A DNA stretch of 64,000 nt, from IMG/VR virus record IMGVR_UViG_3300021400_001327, positions 1-64,000 of that record. One strand, given 5' to 3'. The stretch comes from a virus. Taxonomy: Duplodnaviria; Caudoviricetes. Shown here in pieces: positions 1-11,400 of the stretch; position 1 is the first letter of the stretch, and every line of letters begins with the position of its first letter. The notes beneath the pieces were generated by a model that was not told where the DNA came from, ran no database searches, and was given only the letters and a program-made list of their open reading frames with translations. Made by a program: the position numbers and the translations under genes.

Positions 1-315
1 GACCGCTACCTGATTCAGGATGGTGAGATCAGGCAAGTCCTGAAGGATGGCGACTACGCTTCGATTTACTCAACATCTCTGGCATACCAGCGCGGTGAGT
101 ACGAAAACTACCTGCGCTGCCGTATGAATACCGACGTTGAGCTCACGACCATTCTGATCCCGTTCATCGACGTGAATCAGAAGATCGAGTACACTTCGCC
201 GACGACGAAAGAGAAGCACCAGTACATCGTGAAGTCCGTGAACATGGATGTGTCCGGCTTCAAGATGACGATGAAGCTGGCACGGTTCTACAATTATTAT
301 CCGTTCTACGAATAA
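1..315 (+). CDS. 3' end of a putative tail/baseplate structural protein (truncated by the window edge)
   Basis: Open frame from base 1 (DRYLIQDGEIRQVL...IPFIDVNQKIEYT...YIVKSV...RFYNYYPFYE). The C-terminus resembles siphophage tail-tip/hub proteins. Confidence 0.6.
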   Translation, partial: DRYLIQDGEIRQVLKDGDYASIYSTSLAYQRGEYENYLRCRMNTDVELTTILIPFIDVNQKIEYTSPTTKEKHQYIVKSVNMDVSGFKMTMKLARFYNYYPFYE

Positions 316-326
316 GGAGAAGAATT

Positions 327-593
327 ATGGATAGAGTAGCTATGGCATTGGTAAGAGAGTATCTTGAAAATGTCCTGAAAGAGGCTGGCCTTGAAATCCC
401 GTTCGAGGTGTTCACAGTGTGGAAGTGCAAGACGCTCCAGAACTGGAAGTTCATGATTTCCAGCACAATCCCGTCCAGCGAGATTGGCGGCATGTACTTT
501 GAGATGACCTACAATGGTGATAAGAAAGAGTGGTATCTCGACGCGTACAGGAAAGTCGAGAACCGCGTGATTCAGGGCGACAAGAGATGGTAA
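327..593 (+). CDS. DUF6275-family phage protein
   Basis: Motif VW.CKTLQNWK...MYFEMTYNGDKKEWYLDAYRK.EN; AGGAG RBS upstream. Confidence 0.75.
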   Translation: MDRVAMALVREYLENVLKEAGLEIPFEVFTVWKCKTLQNWKFMISSTIPSSEIGGMYFEMTYNGDKKEWYLDAYRKVENRVIQGDKRW

Positions 594-621
594 TGTTATG
601 AACTACGCAGACGCATGAGTT

Positions 622-662
622 AAAAATAGGGCTACCGCCAATCACGGTAGCCCGCTATTTTT
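622..662 (+). terminator. Intrinsic (probably bidirectional) terminator
   Basis: GGGCTACCG-loop-CGGTAGCCC stem with an A-tract before and a T-tract after. Confidence 0.7.
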
Positions 663-704
663 GTTTTAGGAGGTGTTATTATCGGTACCGATCAGTCCAT
701 TGAC

Positions 705-1880
705 ATGGAATTTCTGAAATCATATACTGATACCGTCGTTCAGAGCGTATTGAGTTCTCTGAGCCGAGAGCATTTTGACAACTGCATAGACAGTGCATGT
801 ATTCATTCTCTTTCGGAGGATGACATGAAAGATTATTACCCGACGATCAACGGGAAAACAGTACACATCAGGGCAAAATCCCAGCAGGAGATGGCCGGGA
901 AGGTAGCTCAGATGCTTGGCAAAACTGCCGAAGGGCAGATAACGCTATCAAGCTATGCTGATAAATGGCTTGAAAGAAAGAAATCAAAACCGGCTGGTAA
1001 ACGCATCAGAGAAACGACTGTCGTAGAGTACAGCCGACAAATCATTATGATTAAACGCTTCTTTGGTGATACCACATTGGATAGCCTGTCAACAGCGCAC
1101 GTCCAACAGTTTGCCGACTGGCTCGCTCACGGCAAATCCAACGGCCTGAAGAACGACATTGCGGAGCAGACCATTGCGCGAACACTGGCCACGCTCAGGC
1201 AAATCGTGGAAGACGCTGTCGAGGTCACAGAGGTCTTGCCTCGCATGCCATACAAGCCGAAGCTGATAGAGAACAACGGCAGAAAGTCTGCTCACCACAA
1301 AGCCCTCCCACCAAAGCTGTTCGACACAGTGAGACGGGCGATACCGACGCTGGATAAACCACAAGAGCGCATACTGATGGCGCTCCTGGCCACAACAGGT
1401 ATGCGACCAGAGGAGATATATGGCCTGAGATGGGAAGACATATCGCCAGACTGGCACTATATACAAATCAAACGAGCCGTTACATATCCAGAGCGTAGCA
1501 AGCCAGTCGTGGGCAAGCCTAAGACAAACAATTCAAACCGCTTCGTTAATCTGGTCGGCTGGGTGGCTGATAGCTTGAAGCCCTATGCCCAAGAGTCCGG
1601 CTATATCTTCGGTGGTGACAACCCGCTGTGCTATTCATCAGTCAAAAGATTACAGCGCGGCGCCTGGGCAAACGTCGGTCTGAAGGGCACCGGCGTCACA
1701 CCGTATGATTTCCGCGCAAATTTTGCTACGATGTTATGCGAGAGCGGCAAGACAGATAAACAGGTCGCCGACCTGATGGGACATGCCGACACACGCATGG
1801 TCAACACTGTGTACGCGCCAGCCCGGAAAGACGGCATATTAATGCATAATTATGCATGTGAGCAGCTCTTCGGTATGTAA
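705..1880 (+). CDS. int: Tyrosine recombinase / phage integrase (start uncertain: 678/681, 705 or 825)
   Basis: TGMRPEE (Arg I), KPKT (Lys), YDFR in place of HxxR, LMGH, VY (catalytic Tyr); lies next to a tRNA-derived att core. Confidence 0.92.
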   Translation: MEFLKSYTDTVVQSVLSSLSREHFDNCIDSACIHSLSEDDMKDYYPTINGKTVHIRAKSQQEMAGKVAQMLGKTAEGQITLSSYADKWLERKKSKPAGKRIRETTVVEYSRQIIMIKRFFGDTTLDSLSTAHVQQFADWLAHGKSNGLKNDIAEQTIARTLATLRQIVEDAVEVTEVLPRMPYKPKLIENNGRKSAHHKALPPKLFDTVRRAIPTLDKPQERILMALLATTGMRPEEIYGLRWEDISPDWHYIQIKRAVTYPERSKPVVGKPKTNNSNRFVNLVGWVADSLKPYAQESGYIFGGDNPLCYSSVKRLQRGAWANVGLKGTGVTPYDFRANFATMLCESGKTDKQVADLMGHADTRMVNTVYAPARKDGILMHNYACEQLFGM

Positions 1881-1882
1881 AC

Positions 1883-2167
1883 CCACCAAAAAATCCACAC
1901 AAAAATCGTATCAATAGTCCAGTGAAATGAACAGTTTTAGTAACTCAGTCCCACCAAAAAACCCACCAAAATCCATTTATGCACCCAAAATTTCACGCCA
2001 AAAAGCGCAAAAAGAAAAGCGCTAATCTCGTTGTGAAATCAGCACTTTTCGTAGGTGGTGGGATTAGTAGGGCTCGAACCTATGACCTCCACGATGTCAA
2101 CTGAGGATTTTATACATTACTAATGAATATTATGCATTGTTTATGCAGTTGTCAGATCGCCACCAAA
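1883..2167. repeat. Candidate integrase arm-type binding sites (CCACCAAA x4)
   Basis: CCACCAAA at 1883, 1951, 1963 and 2160, on both sides of the att core. Confidence 0.55.
2056..2100 (-). other. attP core: 3' half of tRNA-Val(GAC), anticodon loop to CCA
   Basis: Minus strand reads TTGACATCGTGGAGGTCATAGGTTCGAGCCCTACTAATCCCACCA (anticodon GAC, T-loop GGTTCGA, CCA end). No D-arm or 5' acceptor strand upstream. Confidence 0.85.
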
Positions 2168-2362
2168 GCACCATCATGGGTGATGTTTTGTTGACCATCT
2201 GATCGCACTCTCTACAGATTATATGCACGATAATGCATATAATTTTACCCATTAATTGCACATTTGTATCTATTTATACGCAATAACTAAGAACTTTTCA
2301 AGCGGTTTACTTAGCGCTTTTCACAACTTTTCAATAGTTACGACACAAGTAAAATTAAAGTT

Positions 2363-2403
2363 AAAAATAGGGGCTACCGTTTTTGGCGGTAACCCCATTT
2401 TTT
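2363..2403 (-). terminator. Intrinsic terminator after the tape measure gene
   Basis: GGGGTTACCG-loop-CGGTAGCCCC followed by a T-tract on the minus strand, just downstream of the stop at 2420. Confidence 0.75.
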
Positions 2404-2419
2404 ACCGACTTATAGCCGG

Positions 2420-5400
2420 TTACGCCCCTTTGGAGTAGATGGCCTGTACGAGATAACCGGGAAGCTGAGCGATGATTGCATCGCCGAGTTCCTTCGCGTC
2501 GTTCACACCGTTGAGGACAATGTCACCGATGTCGATGGACACGTCTCCGCCAGTCGTACCCTCAAGAATCTCCGGCATATCAATACTCTTCAGCATGCTG
2601 GTCAGCAAAGACGACACCTCAGACCCACGGTTGATAGTATCGTAGTACCTCGTGAAGTCGATGCCGCTAAGCACGTCCGTCACGGGGAGTAGCTGATTGC
2701 CCATGTTGTCATAGATGTTATTGTTCGTCTTCTGTTTCTCAAGGCCGTCAATGACCATCTGATACATCTGATCGTTGATGGCGTCCTGCGCGTCTTCCAG
2801 CGCGTCCTCATCGGCCACGTAGTGGAAGCCTTGCTGGTTATCGTACAGGAGAACCCTGCGCTGTCTCGCGTCTTCGAGTTCGTTCAGCGCGTTCATCAGA
2901 TCGATTTGGCGCTGATACTCGTCATTCTGCTTTTCAAGGACCTCAATCTTCAGGTCGAGAATGGCATCGTTCCACTCCTCCTGATTGGCCTTGATGTCCA
3001 TGATTTTATCTTCGTTGTCCTGAAGCTGTTTATTCAGTTCCTGATACTTTTCAGACAGGACATCCAGCCCCTGCATCTGGTCACGAAGCTCATTGTTCTG
3101 CTCGCGCAGGTTGTCGATTTGCTTCATGCCAGCAGAGATGAGGTTCCTGTAGCTGTTGATTTCGGCGTTTCCGCCCTGCGCTTCACGCAGTCTCTGCAAG
3201 CCCTCAATCTTGTTCTGGAGATTATCCAGATAGTAAATGCTGGTTTGCAGATTGTTCATGGTGATGTTCCGCGCCTCGTCGTTTAGTTCAGACAGGTTGA
3301 CCTTTGCGTCGCTGATCGTCGAGTTGAGCTCTTCAATCTGCTTCGCGTAGTTGTACCAGTCGTCACTGCCAACCTTAATGATACCGGCGTTCACCTGATC
3401 AGTGAGCTCTGTCTGTAGCGCGTTCTGTTCCTCGCCGAGGTTCTTGATAACGCTCTCTGTCAGCTTAATGGCATCGAGATAGTCGTCTTTAGTCATTTCC
3501 TGACCATATGCTTCCTTTACCTCAATCAGCTTGTTGAACGTGTCTATTTGCTGGTTGAGCATTTCGTCAATGTTTCCGAAGCTGTTTACGATATTGTCCA
3601 GCTTCTGCTTTGACAGGTCATACAGCTGATCGTTCAGGGATTCGATGGTTTCCTCGCAACCCTTCGCTTTGTCCCACCATGTCTGGTAGGTCTGAATGGC
3701 TTTTCTGGTCTCCTCGTCGTACTCTTCGATGTCGATGGTGCCTTCCTGAATCTTCTTCACGACGTCAGCCGCAAGCCCAGCGCGGGACGCGAAGTCCTCC
3801 GCTTGCTTCTTGTAGCGGTTGACAGCCTGTGTGTTCAGATCGAGCTCGGCTCTGACGTTCTGGATGGCTTTGGTAAGCTCGCTGTTTTGCGCGAGATGAC
3901 CGATGCTCTTCTCAGAAGACTTGATGTAATCAGATGTCTTTTTCTTGAGGAGTTCGAGCGCAGTGGGAATCCAGTCGACGAGCTTCTCAGCCCATTCAAG
4001 AGCGGCTTTGATTCCGCCGCCTTTCTTGCCGCCACCGCCGCCTTTTTTCTTTGTGGTTCCAGCGGTCGTAAGAATATCGCCAGAGCCATCGACCCACGAC
4101 GCCAACGAACTCTTCCCAGACGTCTTAAATACAAACGCGTCCTCTCTCGCCCGCATGCTCGCGAACGCTCCGCCGCGTTTTACACCACCGTTTCTGAACG
4201 CGTCAAACACTCGACCGATCAAACCGCGCCGTTTGATTTTCTTCGTCTCTTCGGCGTTGTGAACAATGTCACCTTTGTTCAGGTTCGTAAACCTCGGACC
4301 GTTGTCGGTACCAAGCTCGTACGTCCCTTCGCTGACGTGCTCAATCAATTCGGCGCCCTGCTCGTCAACGAGCGACATGCCAGGGTCGGCGCTTGACGTA
4401 CCAGACGCGCTTGCTTTGCCGGACTTACGAGAGTCTGTGATATCAATTGGTTCGCCAGTGTCTCCCCCACGATAGCCGGGGTCGTTATACTGAATGTTGA
4501 CGGTGTACGTCCCGCTCTGCCCGTCAAGAGCGTTGATGCTCTGTTGCGCAGCGGCTGTATCGCCGTTTACGTCAACAGTAACGGGCTCCTCGGACACCTC
4601 TTGTACAGCGGCGGTCACCGGCTCGATGTTCGGTGCGGGCGCGTTCATCATTTCTTCCTGCGTGATATGCAGGGCCTCATCATAGGCGGACGCTTTCTCA
4701 AACGCGGCGTCCCAACCCTCTTGCACCTGCTGTAACCAGAGCAACAGACCTTTGCCGCCGTTCTCGGGCTTGTCTGCGTTTACAATACCTTGGATCGTGT
4801 CATTCTGAAGCAGTTCAGACACATAGTCATACATTGCGTCTTCGTCCAATACCTCTCCGTTGGAAAGGATTGGCGTCATGTGCAGGATAATGTCCTGATT
4901 ATACGGCTCTCCATCAGTACCGGCAGAGAACTCCATTGAATACAATGTGGCGATATCATCATCCCCGACGTCGTATCCGGCGGCTCTCATTTTCTCCGCG
5001 CCGACCTGCGGGCGCTTTCTGAGATTGACATTTTTAACAAGCTGGTCGAAGAAGTCGGCGAGACTTGCTGTTACGCCAGCAAACAGTTCCCTGTTGACAC
5101 CCATAGAACTGAGCACAGTGGCGATACTGTCGTCGTCAGCGTCCTTAAACGCGCCACCTTTATACTCCTGCCTGACCCTGTCGAAGTCATACATTGACTT
5201 CATCGTCATCATGGCCGCGTCATGCAGGTCGCCTTCGCTATCACTCAGAGATTCAAAGACTTCCTGGAATGCCTGTGCAGCCTTCTCCTCTTCTGTCGGC
5301 CCAAACTTTTCGGCATAGCCCTCCGGCGAGTAAAGCTGTGTACCTTTATACAGGGGTGCTGTTGGGAATTTGGGTTCAGGTACATCCGGCGCGTCTTCTG

Positions 5401-8400
5401 TGAATGCTTTGTATACAGACGTCGCTGTGTCCTCGGCGCCGTAAACGATTCCGGCAAAGAAGTCCGCTAACGCCTTACTCGCTCCATTAACAGCGTCGGT
5501 TCTGTTCTGACTGGCCTCTTCAGAAAACAGTTCACCAATTCCACCAAGCAAATCGCGTATCGGTGACAAGAAGAACGTCTCGGTGTCCTGAACGGCGAGT
5601 TTACGCAACGTGTCACCGATGCCGGTGAAGATGGCGTCTCCGTCAATGATTCCTTCTGCCGCGTTCGTTGCCTGAGCATTTTGTAGGTTCTCCTCAAACA
5701 TCTGATCAAGAAGAGCTTGCCGCTCTTCTGCCTCTTTCGCAAGTGCGGCAATTCTGGCAGCTTCAGCCTCGGCGGCTTCGCGTGCGGCTTCTTCAGCGGC
5801 AACCATTATTCTCTCTTGCTCAGCACGATACGCAGAGAGCGCATCATCGAACGTTGTTCCAGTTTCTAAATCTTTTGCGGCGAGATTATCGATGTTTTCT
5901 TGGTTTAATAAGAACCGCAGTACGTCTTTGCTGGACGGTTTTCTCGCTCCTGTATTTCCGGTGATTTCAGCAAATCTGGACGTCAGTTCATTAAAATCAA
6001 ACATGCTCTGCGCGACAGCCAACAATTCATCATCGTTGATATTTCCAGACTTATACTGCTCGGCGAGTCTGTATGCACTGGAGTTCTCAACTTCCTGACG
6101 GTGTTGTTCGCGCTCACGGAGCATCTGATTTGTTCGACGTGTCTCGTCTGTTAAACCAAAGCGGTCTGCGTATTCCTCCGCAAATTCATCGAACAATTCT
6201 CCGCTTTCCTGCATAGCTACGACGTCTCTGAATGCATCTACTATTGCTTTTGCCTCAGCGTCAGCACTGTCTCCAGCGGCATCCACATAGTCAAGCACCT
6301 GTCTGATAAGACTATAGTCACCAGTGCCAGGTGCACCGTTTTGAAGTGTTGCCAGTAGTTTGCCAGTCGCATCATACTCCGGCCTCTGAACAAGTCCGCC
6401 ATTAGTCGCACGAGCATACATGCCATATGTGCTTAGCAAGGCGTTGCCGTTTTTGTCCTCAAATGTCGTTGTGCCGTCTTTGGCTGTTACGCTTTCCACG
6501 TCGCCAAGCAACACCTCTGACCCATCGGCGTTAATGAAGAGTTTGCCGTTCCTGTAATCAAACTCGCTGTTGGCGATCCGATACGCATCATTCAGCGTGA
6601 GCATACCGCTCTCGTCGATTTTCGCGCTCGTGATTTTCCCGATGTCTTCTGTGTAAGTGCTGATGGCTTTGCCGTCCTCGCCGATTTTGCTCTTCGTGGC
6701 TGTGACATTGCCTTTTTCGTCCTGTTTGAGTTTCCACTCGTCATAGTCACCGAACATCATATTAAATGCATCTTCGGGGCTCTTGAAGATACCGGTGTTC
6801 CTACCCATCTCATCGAAGTACAGAATACTTCCATCTTTCCCGGCCATAAACGAGCCGCCGCGACCTTCCTGCGCGAGCATACCGTTCAGCGGGTTGACCG
6901 CGAGTGCCGCATTGAACGCAGACAGTGCGGAGGTGGCCGCTCTTACAGCCGAGGCGTTGTCGTTGAATGCCGTTGTGTCCTCACCGGCGGCGTCGGTAAA
7001 TGAGCCGAAGCTCTCTGCGGCGGCCTCGCTGGCATCTTGGACTTTTTTGTTGTACTCGGTAAAGACAGTCGAGTCCCAGCCGTCCTGCATCATCTTCACA
7101 AAGCTGTCATACACGTTACCATTGAACGTCAGCTTCCCGTTCTCATCAAGACCAGCGGCTGCACCCATGATGCTTCTGATGGTCTCAGTCACAGTCGAGC
7201 CAAGGATCGTCTGCATAGACTGATTGAGAGCACCAGTGAGATTAGACTGTATAAATTTTTGCCCATTTTCGCGGGTAAAGAATTTGCCGTTACCTTCGAT
7301 GCCGAAGTTGTCGTTCATCACTCTTGTGAGTGCGCCAAGCTGATCAGTGAGCCCACCAAACGTTGTGTCTGTCCAAACCTTCAGGGTATCACTGAAGTTA
7401 TCAAATGTCTGCGGTTGTCCATCGGCACCAAGAATAGCCTGTCCATTGCCGTCAACAAGTTTGAACTTGCCGTCCGCTGTTACATTAACATTGATTTCAG
7501 ATAGCGACGCGGCAACACTTTCCAGCGAAGCGAACGCGTTATTTGCACTCAGATTCAGTGCGGTATCTACCTGTGTGTATGTTTCCTGCGCACCGGTTAC
7601 AACGTTTGTAAGAACGCCTTGTCCCTTTTCAATAGAGAACTGAATGTTTTCACCAGCTGTGGCATATGCGTCATTGATAGCAACCACAAGACTAGCAAGC
7701 TCACTCATTGATCCGCTCGTAATTTCTGTCATCGCTTCCTGGGCAGAAGTATACACCTCGCCAGAAGACAGCCTGTACACACCATTGAGTGAATCGTAAC
7801 TGAACGACCTGTCGTCACCCATTTTCTCGAGAACGCCATTGAGTACATCAACAGACTTCTTTGGTGCTGTCATGATATCGCCGAACGCGGCGGCTATCAC
7901 TTCATCCAGTGTCTCAAACAATTTATCACCGAAGCTATACTGGCCGTCTGCCGTCATGCCGATTTTATCGAGAATGCCCTCTGCCGACAGCGCATCATTC
8001 AATGCATTGAGCCCTCTGGTAACCTCGGACGCACCTGTGCTCAGCGCCTCATTAAGGGTCTCTGTTGCGGCCTTGACTTCTGCCGCTTTGTCGGCGACGC
8101 CGGTATATTGACCGCCGATTTCGTTTATCCTATCAAGCGTACTCTGGATGCTGGTTACAGACGACGAGATAACGGCAGTGGCGCCCAACGTAAGAGTGCC
8201 GAACGTCTGCTTCTCACCCGTAGCGGTATCGGTTATCGTCTGTTGTCCCGCTTCTACAGTTGCCCTCAGGCTGGAGTCCGCCTCAGTGAGATAACTATTA
8301 ATACTCTCGATTGCGCTTGCGAGTGATGTTACAGCCTCGCCAGCAATGTCATTCAGGGCTGTCGCGGTAGACGTATACGACTTAACGAAGTTCCCCTGTT

Positions 8401-11400
8401 GGTCGAAGATGTCATACTGTTTTGTGTCCTTATTATATTTTGCCGTCTCTGTCCTGCCCATCGCCCTGAGTGTTGACTCAATAACATCAACAGAACCTGC
8501 TGTGCTTATTCCGCTAAATACGGTCTGAAGCATGCCAGCCAAATCATACTCTTCGCCGTCAACGGTAAACTTACCATTTTCGTTAATGCCAAGAGCTTTG
8601 TTGATGCCGAGGTCTGTCAGCGATTTCTGCCACGCGGCGAGTGCACTGTTTCCAAAGTCGGTACCGCTATCTGCCATCGCCTGAGCCAAACCGTCACCAA
8701 TCGGCTTCGCTTGTCCATCGGCAAGAATGATATTACCGTTAGACATATCGAGAGTGATTTTGCCGCCAGCAATGGTTTCCAGCGCGGCGGTCATTTTTGT
8801 GGCGTTGTCTCTCTCTGTTGTGATATAGTCACCGAACACGCCGGAGATAGCGGCAGCAAGGCTTTCTACTGGATTGCCGTTAACTGTCCACTGGCCATTA
8901 TCGTAGCCCATCGCGTTTTCAATACCCTTGCTTGCCGCGAGAGCATTGAAAGCCTCTACCATCGTTGATGCCTTTTGCGCGGTTTCGTTCCACATTTCGG
9001 CGACGGCGTCAATATTTTGCTCGTAACCGTCCTTCTTTCCAACGATATTACCGTTGGTGTCATAAATACGGTACCTGCCGTCATCGTCGAGCTTCAGCCT
9101 TGTCTTCAGCCCAGCCTGCGCGGCCTCTTTGTTGATTTGTATGACTTGTTTTTCAGCCTCGGTAACAATGTTTCCGTACTTCTCAGTCAGTCCATACAAA
9201 TAGTTCTGCACGTTCTCCAGCCCGACGACGGCGTTCCCGCTCGCGTCAGTAACAGGCGTACCATCATCGTAAACCAGCCGATGCTGTCCATCGCTATACG
9301 CGATTCGAGGTTTCCTCTCACCCTCTGGCATATTCAGACTCGCGATTAAAGCCGCGAGAGACATGAGCGCCGCCGTGTTGGCGTTAGTGGCCGACGTCAG
9401 GTCTGATGTTGAAGCCACGATTTGGCTGTTCATCAGGGTGGCGGCATCAATATTCTGCTCACCGGCCTTGCCCTGATAGTCATACCATGCTTTAATCAAG
9501 CCAGCCATGTCACCTTCGCCGCTGTTGTACTTCGCAACAGCTTCCTTGAAGGCGTTACTGCTCTTTACAAACTCTGTGTAGTCAGGCGCCTGCGCCTGTT
9601 CTTCGAGCGTCGGAGACTTGAGCTTGTACTTCTTACTTTCGTCAGCGATAAACTCATTGAGCTCGCCGAACATATGCTCGACCAGTTCAGAACTGATTCC
9701 CATCAGCCGCCCGATTTCTTCAGATGTGCGCTCGCCATTCAGTGTTCCATTCTTGTTCAGGATGCCAAGCTTAATAGCGTCCTCTTGGAAGTTCCTTGCG
9801 CCGTAGCCGGTGTCTTCGCTTTTCCCGGGAGCAGACTTAGTCAGGTAACGAGCCAGCAGCTTCCTCTGCTCTTCGCTCCCGTAATAGTTCCCACCAGCGC
9901 CAAGCAGGTATTCCTGTGCGGCCTTGTATTCAAGATTGCCGACACGGCCAGACTTATAGCCCTCCTCGAGTGCCTTGTATGCCTCGAGCGCTTCGTCGTA
10001 GTCGTCACCCTCCTGAGGTCCGCCCTTCGCCATCTGCCATTTGGAGTAAGCGGAGGTCGCGTCCTTGATTTGCGCAGCGAGACGATTATACAGGTCAATC
10101 TCCTGATTGATGAGGGTCATATTCTTTGTGATGTCAGCAATGCTTTCTTTCGCGAGCTTGAGCTGTTCCTCGCGGGTCTTACCAGCGACATCGGCAACGT
10201 TCTCGTTGCTGTACTTTGTGTACTCAGCAAGTGCATCCTGAAGCTTCTTGGCCTGCTGGACATACTCAGACTGCTTGCTGATCATATCAGCGTACATCTT
10301 CTCAGACGCGTCGTTCAGCTTCTTGACGACTTCTTTATTGAATGTGTCCTGATTAAACCAGATGGTCCCATGCGAGCTCTCGACTGCTTTCAGGAAATCG
10401 TAATCCCCCATGTCCACCAGAGACTGGTAGTCCTCTTCGCTGATGCCGCGAGTGCCGTAGCCGGTGTTTTTCCTGATGGTCGCGCCGGTCTGCCTGAAGC
10501 CAAGCAGGTCGGTGATTGTCTTAGACAACCCGGACGCCGTTGTCGTGCTGAGTTCGGGTGTGCCAGCAACATACAGTTCCTGCATCAGGCCAATGAAGTT
10601 TTCGATGTCAACATCGGCAGCTTTCAACTGAGCCCTGAATTTATCAAATTTCGCGTCATTCAGTACGTCCTCTGTGATTTTCACAGACTTCGCCATCTCA
10701 GTGATTTTATCATAGGTCGCCGCAAAGCCGCTGTCTGTCTTCCGAAGCTCGAGTAGTACTCTGTTGCTGTGAATGTCTGGGATGACGGTCGTGCCGATGG
10801 CGTCCCTGAACTCCCGCATGCGGGTATAAAGCTCGGTTGTCGTTTCTCCGCGAAGCTCCATCTGCTCCATACGGTCGTTCAGCGACTGATATTCCGTTAT
10901 CAGCTGTGCTTTGAGTTTCGCCGCAGACGTCCTTGTCGCTTCGCTGATATCTGCATAATTCTGATACACCATATCTGCGCTCAGACCAAGGAAGCGCATC
11001 TCATCACCGCTCGCGGCTTTGTTCTGCCAGTATGTGATTTGATCAGCGGCCTGATTCTGCATATCTCGCAGATAATTGAACATGGCAAGAGAGCCCTTGA
11101 TGTCGTTTCCGACAAAACCCTTCTCCATGTATTTGTTCGTCTGGTCAACAACCTCATCGACAGCGTTGAGCATATGCTCACTCATGACTGCGCTCATTTC
11201 CCTCTCGTCGAGTTCATAGAACGAGGCCATGTAGTCGTTAAGTTCTTCTTTTGTATCCTTTACATACTGTTCGCCGTCCGTCGTCGTGCCGAGATTAGAC
11301 AGCAGTGCTGGCAGCGACATGTTCATCTCATACTGCTTTTCCCACGCGGCCTTGTTCAGGTCATATGCAGTGTTGCCGCGCTCGGCCTCAAGCTGGCGGG

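Noticed and set aside
2030-2130. Complete tRNA-Val gene
   Set aside because: Only the anticodon loop to CCA is present and the upstream sequence cannot form a D-arm or acceptor stem; better explained as an att core.
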